DNA from: Chloroflexota bacterium
Lineage (GTDB): Bacteria > Chloroflexota > UBA11872 > VXOZ01
Length of the DNA: 64,000 nucleotides
Direction of reading: 5' to 3'
Assembly (NCBI GenBank): GCA_963663275.1
Contig: OY760183.1
Span: 2,464,001 to 2,528,000 of the forward strand
This document shows, piece by piece, positions 18,757-31,892 of the stretch; position 1 is the stretch's first letter; the number at the start of each line of letters is the position of its first letter. A program made the translations under genes and the position numbers. The notes beneath the pieces are model-generated. The model ran no database searches and was not told the origin of the DNA. It saw only the letters and a list, made by a program, of their open reading frames with translations.

Positions 18757-19473
18757 GTGAAAGACCTCGATATGTCCTGGGAACCCATGCATGAAGTCCG
18801 AGTCGAACACGATTGGCAAGAGACTGGAGAGAGACGGTTAGAATCCGGTGCCCAAAAGATTTATGTGAAGTGTCGGAATTGCGGCCAAGAGCGTACAGTA
18901 ATAGACTTGGGTAGAGTTTGTGAGCAGAGCCTCATTGAACTTCCAAAGGAGGAAAGGAAAGCCGAGTTTAGGAAGCTCAGTAAGATGGGAAGGGACTTCC
19001 TAGAAAACATCGCCAAATTAGACCGTTGGGTCGTAAGTGGTTCAAGACATGATGATATTCCTAGCTTGCTGGAAGAGATTGAGAAGAGATACCCTCATGC
19101 TTTGAGTGCTGGCGAGATGTCCTATAGATACCTAAGATTGTGGGCCGAAAAGTCCAACAGGAAGTCGAAGCGAAAGCTGCTTCTTCTCATTAGGCAAGGT
19201 TTTGTCTGCAACAGATGTCATCGAATTGTACCTTCATCAGATTTGCTAACAGAAGATCACATTACACCGAGGAGTGCGGGCGGCGAGAGTGTCTTGACCA
19301 ACCTGCAGTTGCTTTGCAGAAGATGCAATGAGGAAAAGGGCAGCGAAGATCCAGATGGTCGGGACATTTCGCCCTTTCGGTGGAATGGCCCTAGTTGTAT
19401 TCACCGAGTTACATGCTTTGAGATAGACGAATTGCGACGGCTCTACAAGCTCAGGGAAGAGAATCCTCGTTGA
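18757..19473 (+). CDS. HNH endonuclease with N-terminal CxxC
   Basis: CNRC...EDHITPRSAGG...NLQLLCRRCNEEKG; visibly lower GC than host. Confidence 0.88.
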   Translation: MKDLDMSWEPMHEVRVEHDWQETGERRLESGAQKIYVKCRNCGQERTVIDLGRVCEQSLIELPKEERKAEFRKLSKMGRDFLENIAKLDRWVVSGSRHDDIPSLLEEIEKRYPHALSAGEMSYRYLRLWAEKSNRKSKRKLLLLIRQGFVCNRCHRIVPSSDLLTEDHITPRSAGGESVLTNLQLLCRRCNEEKGSEDPDGRDISPFRWNGPSCIHRVTCFEIDELRRLYKLREENPR

Positions 19474-19679
19474 GTGCATTGTCTAACTCAGGAGTTCACG
19501 ACAAAGCTCTCTAAGTCTTGAATTCCCCATGCTTTGCCAACCACAGTGAGTAGGCCTAGTTTACGTTCTTTACCATTCTTCATGATTGACATGTACTCAT
19601 GCTACGTGAAGGATGGGCGCACGGCTAGATTGATGTTGTTGGTGTGGCGCACCTGTGCTTATCACCTGCATGCGCTGCC

Positions 19680-19720
19680 CTAGCGGTCGATGACGCTTTC
19701 AGTTTCGCCGGCGGTAGGGG
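19680..19720 (-). pseudogene. Short degenerate copy of the RM gene 3' end
   Basis: TAGETESVIDR* aligns with QAGDTTTIVDL* (RM) and TAGDAESFVTI* (20691), with the same distance from AG to a TAG stop. Confidence 0.6.
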
Positions 19721-19784
19721 TGCTTCTCTTCGATTCAGAAGAAGATCGGGGCAGCATGGCCTAAGTCGCGCACGAGCGGTGTGC

Positions 19785-20405
19785 TTAACTCCCGATCCCA
19801 ATAAAGCCCTTAACCACATCCAAAAGTTCAATGTGGCCGAGAATAGTCAGTAGTGCTGCGGCCACAGGGATCAATACAATCATCGCCTTTAGGAGACGTC
19901 CAAGTATGCTGGATTCCGCCTTGTCGGCATCGAAGCCAGCAGCACCAATGAGACTAAAGGGTATGCGAACAACACCCCTAATCGCCTTGCCTGTCCACCA
20001 TAGTGGATTGATTGTCCTAAGCATTGAGTATCCTCTATTACGCAAGTACACTCCTATCGCACGCTCCAACGTGTCAACTACATACTGTGAGTGGACATTC
20101 GCTTGATCAAGAATGAACAAATCTTGAAACAAACTTGAACCTTGCCTGCGCTCACCCAAGAAACCTTGTTCTCTCCGAGTAATCACGACTGGTATACCAG
20201 ACGCTTGAACTACATCGGTAACTCTAGAAACCGTCAGGTTGATGTTGAAACGAAGATTTGCCAATTCCTCCTCATCAATGTTGCATTCTTCGTTAGTCTG
20301 AGCGATTCGACCATTCACGTAGGCCATATAGCGGTCTCGGAATATAAGCAACTCCTTAAGTCTTCTTTGGTTCTCCCAACAGGCAATCTCTCTGTAATAC
20401 TTCAC
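19785..20405 (-). CDS. Hypothetical protein with C-terminal membrane helices
   Basis: 206-aa ORF in low-GC DNA; hydrophobic C-terminus. Confidence 0.75.
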   Translation of the reverse strand: MKYYREIACWENQRRLKELLIFRDRYMAYVNGRIAQTNEECNIDEEELANLRFNINLTVSRVTDVVQASGIPVVITRREQGFLGERRQGSSLFQDLFILDQANVHSQYVVDTLERAIGVYLRNRGYSMLRTINPLWWTGKAIRGVVRIPFSLIGAAGFDADKAESSILGRLLKAMIVLIPVAAALLTILGHIELLDVVKGFIGIGS

Positions 20406-20690
20406 GTTGACTGTCCTAGTAGAAAACTACCTAGAATTAGGAATGACCCCCAATTGGAGTCGACTAGTATAGTACAGTGGAAGTCAAATCTCTTTGACTT
20501 CCGCCCATTGAATGGTTCAGTCCTTGGACTAAGCGTTGCGCCAAGAAACGTGCTCCCATTAGGCAACAATTACCATTCTACATTACATGGAGACTCTTTG
20601 GACGGCGGCATCTTCTACACCTAGACCTCTAATCGAGGAACTAGGAACCACTTTAAAACGGCCATCTCCAGTGACGAGACCAGGGACCAG

Positions 20691-20824
20691 CTAGATTGTC
20701 ACGAAAGATTCAGCATCGCCGGCGGTTAGGGCGTTCATGTAGGTGAGGGTCAGGCTTTTGGTGCGGAAGGATCCGTTAGTGGATTGGTCTTGTGGCGTTG
20801 GACTATGGGGAGGGTTTCGAGGAT
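20691..20824 (-). pseudogene. Degenerate copy of the last 43 codons of the RM gene
   Basis: ILETLPIVQR[+2 nt]QDQSTNGSFRTKSLTLTYMNALTAGDAESFVTI* vs ILDTFPIVQRQDQSTHNTYRTKNLILAYMNALQAGDTTTIVDL*. Confidence 0.93.
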
Positions 20825-20844
20825 TGAGGGGGAGCGCACCTGTG

Positions 20845-21531
20845 TCAGAGATCGCGAATCTCAAGGTCTTCGGAGGTAAATTCGCCTGTGCTCAACCGCT
20901 CCCTCCTCTGTTGATCCACTTTGCGACCATCATCGAGTATGTACAGCAATTGCTCTACGCCACCCGTTCGAGGTAAAGGAGGGAAGGGAATCGCTGATTC
21001 CAAGTAGTGAACTGCGACGGCGTTGAGTACGGCTGCGATAGACTCCAAGGCGTCGGAGACTTTCGCGCGACTCGCCTGCTCTAGCGGTTTCGAAGATTTC
21101 CCCAACACTACCGCAAGATCGCGGTGAGCGATACGGCGATTCCTCAGGTCGGTACAGAACTGAGACGCCTTCACCGCTCGGTCTGTAAGGCGGCAGACGG
21201 ATTCACTGATGCTCGGATCCACTGCCTCAGGAAGAAGCCGGATAGTCATGTTCTCTTTACCTCTGGTCTTCGTTCGGTCAACTAGCCTGGCAATGCTCAG
21301 TAGAGTGTCATCCAAGAGAACATCGTGAATCACATTGAAAAAGAACCGAGCGGTACTGTTCAACAGCTCAACCCGCTCGCGACTAGTACCGTACAACTGG
21401 ACGTACTCGCCCCACCTGACGTGTAGCAACGCTACGTCCTGCCAGAGGGAGTAGTAGACCTCACCAAGATAGCTGCCCATGGAGCAAATATAGTAGTCTT
21501 TCAGTTCGGGGCCGGTCCTATTTCGCGGCAT
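20845..21531 (-). CDS. HEPN-domain protein (AbiU2-like putative RNase)
   Basis: RNRRIAH HEPN motif; helical; LLSIARLVD segment; low GC. Confidence 0.75.
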   Translation of the reverse strand: MPRNRTGPELKDYYICSMGSYLGEVYYSLWQDVALLHVRWGEYVQLYGTSRERVELLNSTARFFFNVIHDVLLDDTLLSIARLVDRTKTRGKENMTIRLLPEAVDPSISESVCRLTDRAVKASQFCTDLRNRRIAHRDLAVVLGKSSKPLEQASRAKVSDALESIAAVLNAVAVHYLESAIPFPPLPRTGGVEQLLYILDDGRKVDQQRRERLSTGEFTSEDLEIRDL

Positions 21532-21741
21532 CGTCTATCACCAATCTGCGACTCGGTGGACTCGTGCTCATCAATCAAGATCCTATGACGTCCAGGCATC
21601 CTACCGTCTATTCCAAACGCCAAGCAAGGCACTCACAGAATTACTTGCGTTGAACTTGACCATCTTCGCCGATCATTCGACGTCAATCGACCAACTGTGC
21701 CGATAACTCGCCAATTTCGCAAGTTCATCCCCATTCATCCT

Positions 21742-21762
21742 CCCCCCCCCCCCCCCCCCCCC
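21742..21762. repeat. C21 homopolymer tract
   Basis: 21 consecutive C. Confidence 0.9.
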
Positions 21763-21899
21763 GAGTCGTACAAGGACGATGAGGCACAATCCTATACTTG
21801 ACTCATCATATCAAGTCTTTAATTGCATCGCACTGGAGACTTTGGCTTCTTGCAAGAATCCTCAGTCTGGTCGAAAGATGGTCATAGTGCGCCGTCCAA

Positions 21900-26138
<4,239 letters not shown>

Positions 26139-26212
26139 GGCGGCAGCCTAGCGCGGTAATTGGTAGATGGATGCATGGACGGCAATCGCGGGCGTTTGCC
26201 CACGGCGGCGGC

Positions 26213-26401
26213 TCATTTGCGGCGCAGGCCGGGTAGGATGAGCCACAGGAGGTTGGCGAGGGCGATGGCGGCGGCGGCGAGCACCAGCACGGTGCCGCCG
26301 GTGGAACTGCGCTGCAAACCCACGCCTAACCCGATGTAGAAGACCGCGAGCGCCACCAAGAAGAGCAGGACGTGAAGTGTGATTTTGATCGGCCTGGGCA
26401 T
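26213..26401 (-). CDS. Small two-TM membrane protein
   Basis: ATG with AAAGGAGA RBS; two hydrophobic helices, basic termini. Confidence 0.75.
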   Translation of the reverse strand: MPRPIKITLHVLLFLVALAVFYIGLGVGLQRSSTGGTVLVLAAAAIALANLLWLILPGLRRK

Positions 26402-26525
26402 TGCCGAGTTCTCCTTTGGTTGCGCCGAGGCGCGGCGGCGAGGGTGGATGATGGGAGTATGGTACCAAGAATGGGAGGGCGAGGCTACGTGAGCGAGCGG
26501 CGGAGGTTGCAGGATTTTGGCGCAC

Positions 26526-26838
26526 GCGCAGGTTGCAAGCCTAAGCTACCGGAGCGGCTGGAATGGCATGCCGCTTGCGCAGGTTACAAACCTGCGCTAT
26601 CGGAGCGGGGCGAAAGCCTCCGCTGCCCGCGCAGGTTACAAACCTGCGCTACCGGAGCGGGAGGCAGGCCTTGGCTGCCTGCGCAGGTTACAAACCTACG
26701 CTACCGGGTCGGGGTGCGAGCCTTGGCTGCCCGCGCAGGTTACAAACTTACGCTACCGGATTGGGTTGAATGCCTAAGCTACCTGCGCAGGTTACAAACC
26801 TACGCTACCGGAGCGGGGGGCAAACCTGCGCTACCGGG
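26526..26838 (-). repeat. Tandem array of family C GTAG-type REPs, ~52-bp period, six units plus a partial
   Basis: GCGCAGGTTACAAACCT(G/A)CGCTACCGG-type units at 26526, 26577, 26629, 26681, 26733, 26785; partial at 26821. Confidence 0.9.
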
Positions 26839-26895
26839 GCATTTTCGTTTGAGGGCGAGAGTCTGTGGGGCGCGGGCGTTCTTGAGGTGGACGAC

Positions 26896-27846
26896 CTAGA
26901 CTTTTCTTGGCGGGAGCAGGCTCATGCGGACGTCCACCTCGAGGATGCTGCCGACGAAGCCGTGAAGCACGCCTTTGGAGGGCGGCACGTCCTGATAGTC
27001 CCGGCCGACGGCAATGGTGACGTGGCGGGCGCCCACGAGCGCGCAATTGGTGGGATCGAAGCCGATCCAGCCGAGACCGGGCAGCCGGCACTCCACCCAG
27101 GCGTGGGTGGCGGTTTGGGGCGCTTGCTCACCCTTCCGGCCGGTGACGTGCACGTAGCCCGAGACGTAGCGGGAGGGCACGCCCCAGGAACGCGCGATGG
27201 CGATCATGACATGGGCGTAGTCCTGGCAGACGCCGCGCCCGGATTCCAGGATGTGGTCGATCGGGGAAGCCGCCGAGGTGCTGCCGGGCACATAGTCGAA
27301 AACGCGGTGCAGCGTTTCGCAGAGCATAATCACGGCTTGCAGGGGATCATCGGCCGGCCGGATGCGCTCGCGGGCGATGAAGGCGGCGAGCGCGGGGGAC
27401 GATCGAGCCAGCGGGCTGTCGCGGGTGAAGTCCCAGAGCGCGAAAGAATCCCGCCAGGCGCGGATTGTGTTCCATGCGCCGGGAGCGGCAGCCGGGGGAA
27501 GGGGAACCGCGGGACCGACTTTGACCGTGGCGCGGGCCATGATCTTGAGGAATTCATGCCGCCGGTGCACGCAGACGACGTGCTTCGTATTGCCGTATGG
27601 GTCCGCCGCCTGGCTGTACGCGGCAAGCGGCTCCGTGGCCAGAGAGAATGCCAAGAGTTGCTGCCGCGCGCTTTGGCGGGGCCGCACGCAGAGCGACATT
27701 ACGGAGAACCGCGCCGGAGACGAGTAGCGGTAGTGGGATACGTGCTCGATCTCGAAGCGGTTCGGGCCGGCCGCGCGGTCCGGCGATTCCGCTTGACCGG
27801 ACGCGACGCCGGGCGCGGCAAGACGAAAAGACCTCGATCCGGCCAT
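26896..27846 (-). CDS. Transglutaminase-like protein
   Basis: IEHVSHYRY N-domain; GVCQDYAH, RYVSGY, HAWVE, GFDPTN, GRDYQDVPP. Confidence 0.93.
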   Translation of the reverse strand: MAGSRSFRLAAPGVASGQAESPDRAAGPNRFEIEHVSHYRYSSPARFSVMSLCVRPRQSARQQLLAFSLATEPLAAYSQAADPYGNTKHVVCVHRRHEFLKIMARATVKVGPAVPLPPAAAPGAWNTIRAWRDSFALWDFTRDSPLARSSPALAAFIARERIRPADDPLQAVIMLCETLHRVFDYVPGSTSAASPIDHILESGRGVCQDYAHVMIAIARSWGVPSRYVSGYVHVTGRKGEQAPQTATHAWVECRLPGLGWIGFDPTNCALVGARHVTIAVGRDYQDVPPSKGVLHGFVGSILEVDVRMSLLPPRKV

Positions 27847-27850
27847 GGCG

Positions 27851-28819
27851 TCAGTACATGGGAGAGTCTTCGACCGGGTAGTCGAAGTAGGTCTGGGTGA
27901 TGAGGTCGTGGAGGTCGCGGCAAAACGCGCCCATCGCGCGCAGGGTCTCCTCGCGCTCTTCCAGGTCGGGCCATTCATAGTGAATGATCGAACCCAAACG
28001 ACCGGCCAGGCGGCGGGTAGCGCCGCTGGAGTCCGCGCTCGGCCCCGGTCCGATCGCGTCCAATTCGGCGCCGGCAACGTCCAGCAACTGGCAGAGAGAG
28101 TCAGGGAGGAGCGGGTCCGTGACCAAGAGATCCAACACGTGAGCCGGTTGCACTTCCACGCTGTACGCGCGGTTGTAGACTTCTTGAGCGTGGTACGCGC
28201 GCAGCAGGCTGATCCAATCGGCGTCGGAGGACTCTTCGAAGTGGCCGGCGGCGGCGAGTTGCGCCAACAGCAACGCGATTGAAAGTTGGGCCCGCTCGAT
28301 CAAGCGGCCGAGTTGCAGAAAGTGCCAGCCTTCGTCCCGGTACATGGTGGCCGCAGCCACGCCCATGAGGGTATCGACGTCCGTCGATACGCCGGCGTAG
28401 AAACTCTCCGGGGACGTTGACCAGATGTCCTGAATGTCCCGCTCTTGCAGGCGCAGATAGGCGAGATTGAGGTGGGACCACATTTCGGCGCTGATGCAGT
28501 TGCGCGTCTGGCGGGCATTTTCCCGCGCGGCGGCGAAGCAACTCCAGACAGAACCGAAATTAGAACGCTCGAAGGTGAGGTCGTCGGCGAGCGTGTAGGA
28601 GTCCGCCAGCGTGAAGTCGTCGCTGTCGGTGAACTCCAAGCCGCCGCCCGGTGGAGGCCGGTCAACACTTATGTAAATGCGGATCCAACCGAAGTAGATC
28701 TCCTGGACCGGGCGGTCCACCAGAGCCGCCGTCTGCAACCGCAAGAGACGGCTCAGGTGTTGCGCCCGTTCCAGATACCGCCCCATCCAATAGAGGCTTT
28801 GTGCGCTCTGTGCGAGCAT
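27851..28819 (-). CDS. Alpha-E domain protein (DUF403)
   Basis: LYWMGRYLERA, ARENAR, LGRLIERA. Confidence 0.93.
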   Translation of the reverse strand: MLAQSAQSLYWMGRYLERAQHLSRLLRLQTAALVDRPVQEIYFGWIRIYISVDRPPPGGGLEFTDSDDFTLADSYTLADDLTFERSNFGSVWSCFAAARENARQTRNCISAEMWSHLNLAYLRLQERDIQDIWSTSPESFYAGVSTDVDTLMGVAAATMYRDEGWHFLQLGRLIERAQLSIALLLAQLAAAGHFEESSDADWISLLRAYHAQEVYNRAYSVEVQPAHVLDLLVTDPLLPDSLCQLLDVAGAELDAIGPGPSADSSGATRRLAGRLGSIIHYEWPDLEEREETLRAMGAFCRDLHDLITQTYFDYPVEDSPMY

Positions 28820-28849
28820 GCGCTCTCAGTCCCTCAGCACGCGGTGGCT

Positions 28850-30247
28850 TCAGTCTTCGTCGTGCTCTTCCGGCATGAGGACGAATTCGGGGTAGGCTTC
28901 CAGGCCCAACTCCGCGGTGTCCTGGCCGAGCCGCTCAACCTGGGCGGAGACCCGGATGCTGAGCACGAGCGCCAGTATCTTCCAAAGGACGAGCGAGACG
29001 GTGAAGACGAACGCGCCGATGGCGATGATGCCGATGGCTTGCACGCCAACGTTGCCGCCCGCGACGATTGCCACCGCCAACGTGCCCCAAATACCGGCGA
29101 ACAAGTGGGCGGGAATGGCGCCAACCACGTCGTCGAGCTTCACCTTTTCCAGCAACTTGAGGCCGAGCGTGCAAATCACGCCGCCAATCGCGCCGATGAT
29201 GACGGCCCAGTAGTGCTGGGTGATGTCGGGGCCGGCCGTAATCGAGACGAGCCCGGCAATTGCGCCGTTCAAGCCGGCGAACAGATCGGTGCGTCCCAGG
29301 AGAGGCCGGGAGATGGCGAGCGCCGCCATGACGCCGGCGGCCGCGGCGAGGTTGGTGTTGACCAGGATGTGGCCGATCGAGACGGCGTCCACCGCGCTGC
29401 CCAGCGCCAGTTGCGAACCGCCATTAAACCCGAACCAGCCCAGCCACAGGATGAAGACGCCCAGGGTGACCAGGAGCACGTTGGATGGCGGCGTGGGCCT
29501 GACGGCGCCGTCCTTGCGGTACTTGCCCAGCCGCGGGCCGACGATGAGCACACCGGCCAGCGCCGCCCAACCACCGGTGCTGTGCACGATGGTGGAACCG
29601 GCAAAGTCCTGGAATCCCATGTCAGCCAGCCAGCCGCCGCCCCACGTCCACGCGCCGACGATGGGGTATATCAAGGCGGTGAGGACGACAATGAAGAGGA
29701 AGAACGACCACATCTTGACCCGCTCGGCCAGAGCGCCGGAGATAATCGATGCGGTGGTGGCGACGAAGACCATCTGGAAGAACCAGTCGGACATTACCGA
29801 ATAGCCGCTCTCGATAACGGCAGCCGCCGCGCTTTGGTCGCCGTCCAGCATGGCGACCTCGTCGGCAGACGGGCCGTAGAGCACGCTGAACGAGCCGATC
29901 AGGCCGCCAAGCCGATCAGGACTTACGTCAACGTACATGAGGTTGTAGCCGACGAAGAAGTAGGCAAGGCCGGCGATGGAATAGAGGCCGATGTTCTTGA
30001 GGCAAATCATGGAGGCGTTCTTAGTGCGTACCGCGCCGGCCTCCAGCATGGTAAAGCCCGCGGCCATCCACATCACCAGGACACCCCACATGAGGAACGC
30101 GAACGTATTGAGAACGAACGCCGTTTCGCCGTCGGTCGCGGCGTGGGCGACCGCCGGCCGGAGCAAGAAATAGAGAAACGTCAAGAGGATCACCGCCGCC
30201 GCGACGGCGATGCGGCGGTGACGAGCAAGTACGTCCGTTATTGGCAT
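28850..30247 (-). CDS. amtB: Ammonium transporter
   Basis: FFQMVF, GALAER, DFAGSTIVH, WFGFNGGS, DDVVGAIPAH (twin His present). Confidence 0.96.
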   Translation of the reverse strand: MPITDVLARHRRIAVAAAVILLTFLYFLLRPAVAHAATDGETAFVLNTFAFLMWGVLVMWMAAGFTMLEAGAVRTKNASMICLKNIGLYSIAGLAYFFVGYNLMYVDVSPDRLGGLIGSFSVLYGPSADEVAMLDGDQSAAAAVIESGYSVMSDWFFQMVFVATTASIISGALAERVKMWSFFLFIVVLTALIYPIVGAWTWGGGWLADMGFQDFAGSTIVHSTGGWAALAGVLIVGPRLGKYRKDGAVRPTPPSNVLLVTLGVFILWLGWFGFNGGSQLALGSAVDAVSIGHILVNTNLAAAAGVMAALAISRPLLGRTDLFAGLNGAIAGLVSITAGPDITQHYWAVIIGAIGGVICTLGLKLLEKVKLDDVVGAIPAHLFAGIWGTLAVAIVAGGNVGVQAIGIIAIGAFVFTVSLVLWKILALVLSIRVSAQVERLGQDTAELGLEAYPEFVLMPEEHDED

Positions 30248-30311
30248 GGGTTACCTTCTCCTGTGGCTGCGAGCGCGCGGCCGCGCCCACGACAATCTCA
30301 TTACTCTCCCA

Positions 30312-31772
30312 CTACTCATCCAAAACCCAAAGGTCTTTACCGCCTCCTCCTTGACTAGAGTTTACGACCAGGCTGCCCCGTCGCAAGGCGACGCGGCAGA
30401 ACGCGCCGGGCACGATGCGCGTCTCGCGGCCGTGCAGCACAAAAGGACGCAAGTCCACGTGGCGCGGTTCGAAACCGCCTTCGATGAAACAGGGCGCCCG
30501 CGAAAGGGCGAGCACGGGCTGGGAGATGAAACCAGCCGGGTCCGCGCGCACCTGCGCGGCGTACTCCCCCCGTTCCTCAGGCGTTGAATGGGGACCGATC
30601 AACATGCCGTAGCCCCCGGACTCGCCGACGCGCTTCACCACCAGGTCTTGCAGATTGTCCAAGGTGTACTCCAGGTCTTCGCGGCGGCGGCAGAGGTAGG
30701 TCTCGACGTTGGCGAGGATCGGCTCCTCGTTCAGGTAGAACCGTATCATCTCCGGCACGAAAGCATAGACGCTCTTGTCGTCGGCCACACCGGTGCCGGG
30801 GGCGTTCACCAGGGCCACGTTGCCTAGCTTGTAGGCGTGCAGCAAGCCGGGCACGCCCAGCAAAGAGTCCGGACGGAATACCAGCGGGTCGATGAAGTCG
30901 TCGTCCACGCGCCGGTAGACCACGTCCACGCGCCGCAAGCCGGTGGTGGTGCGCATGTAGACGAAGCCGTTGTTCACCAGCAAATCGCGGCCTTCCACCA
31001 GTTCCGCGCCAATCTCCCGGGCCAGGAACATGTGCTCGTAGAAGGCGGAATTATAGACCCCGGGCGTCAGCAACACGATGGTGGGATCGGCCTGCCCGCC
31101 CGGCGCGAGTTCGCGCAGGGTCGTCCGCAGAACCTGGCCGTAGTTCTCGATTTCCCGCACGCGAGACCTGCGGTAGAGGCGGCGCATGCTCTTCTTGACC
31201 GCTTCACGGTTGGCCAGCATGTAGGAGACGCCGGAGGGCACCCGCAGGTTATCTTCCAGCACGCGGAAGCCGTCGTTCGTGCGCACGATGTCCGTGCCGC
31301 AAATGGCAACCCACGTGCCGTGCGGAGCGGAAAACCCGCGCATCTCCACGCGGTACTGCGGGCAGCCGCGCACCATGTCTACGGGAATGATCCCTTCGTG
31401 CACGATGCGGGGCTCGCCATAGAGGTCTTTCGCGCGGGACGGCCCATAGACGTCTTCCAGGAAGTGGTTCAGCGCGCGCAACCGCTGGGTCAGGCCCGTC
31501 TCGATGTGCTCCCACTCGCTGCTGGAAAGCACGCGGGGCAGCGAGTCAATCGGAATGATCCGCTCTTCGGCTTCCTCGTCGCCGTACACCGTAAAGGTGA
31601 TGCCTTCATTCAGGAAAGAGCGCGTGACCCGATCCTGAATGCTGCTCAATTCCTCAGCGGATAGGCCGCACAAGAACGTGTAGAGTTCCTGGCAGTGTTC
31701 CCGCGGAGCGCCGTCCGGCAGGAACATCTCGTCGTAGATGTCGGAGTTGAGCGTGTAGTTCTCGAAGTCCAC
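30312..31772 (-). CDS. Circularly permuted type 2 ATP-grasp protein
   Basis: YDEM, GITFTVY, LEDNLRVPSGVSY, GESGGYG, VVNSSQGGGGKDLWV. Confidence 0.95.
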   Translation of the reverse strand: MDFENYTLNSDIYDEMFLPDGAPREHCQELYTFLCGLSAEELSSIQDRVTRSFLNEGITFTVYGDEEAEERIIPIDSLPRVLSSSEWEHIETGLTQRLRALNHFLEDVYGPSRAKDLYGEPRIVHEGIIPVDMVRGCPQYRVEMRGFSAPHGTWVAICGTDIVRTNDGFRVLEDNLRVPSGVSYMLANREAVKKSMRRLYRRSRVREIENYGQVLRTTLRELAPGGQADPTIVLLTPGVYNSAFYEHMFLAREIGAELVEGRDLLVNNGFVYMRTTTGLRRVDVVYRRVDDDFIDPLVFRPDSLLGVPGLLHAYKLGNVALVNAPGTGVADDKSVYAFVPEMIRFYLNEEPILANVETYLCRRREDLEYTLDNLQDLVVKRVGESGGYGMLIGPHSTPEERGEYAAQVRADPAGFISQPVLALSRAPCFIEGGFEPRHVDLRPFVLHGRETRIVPGAFCRVALRRGSLVVNSSQGGGGKDLWVLDE

Positions 31773-31892
31773 GGCAGTAACTCGTTTGTCAGGCGCCTCT
31801 CGGCTTACGGTCGCCTTGCAGGCGCGGCTTCCTCTAATCGTCTGACGTGACTCGGCTACCCAAGTGAGGAAAGGGCGAAGCGCGGGTATCGG

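Noticed and set aside
26526-26838. CRISPR array
   Set aside because: Spacers are only about 20 nt and resemble each other (GCCTTGGCTGCC recurs), repeats are degenerate, the same motif occurs singly at 7366 and 23745, and no cas genes are present
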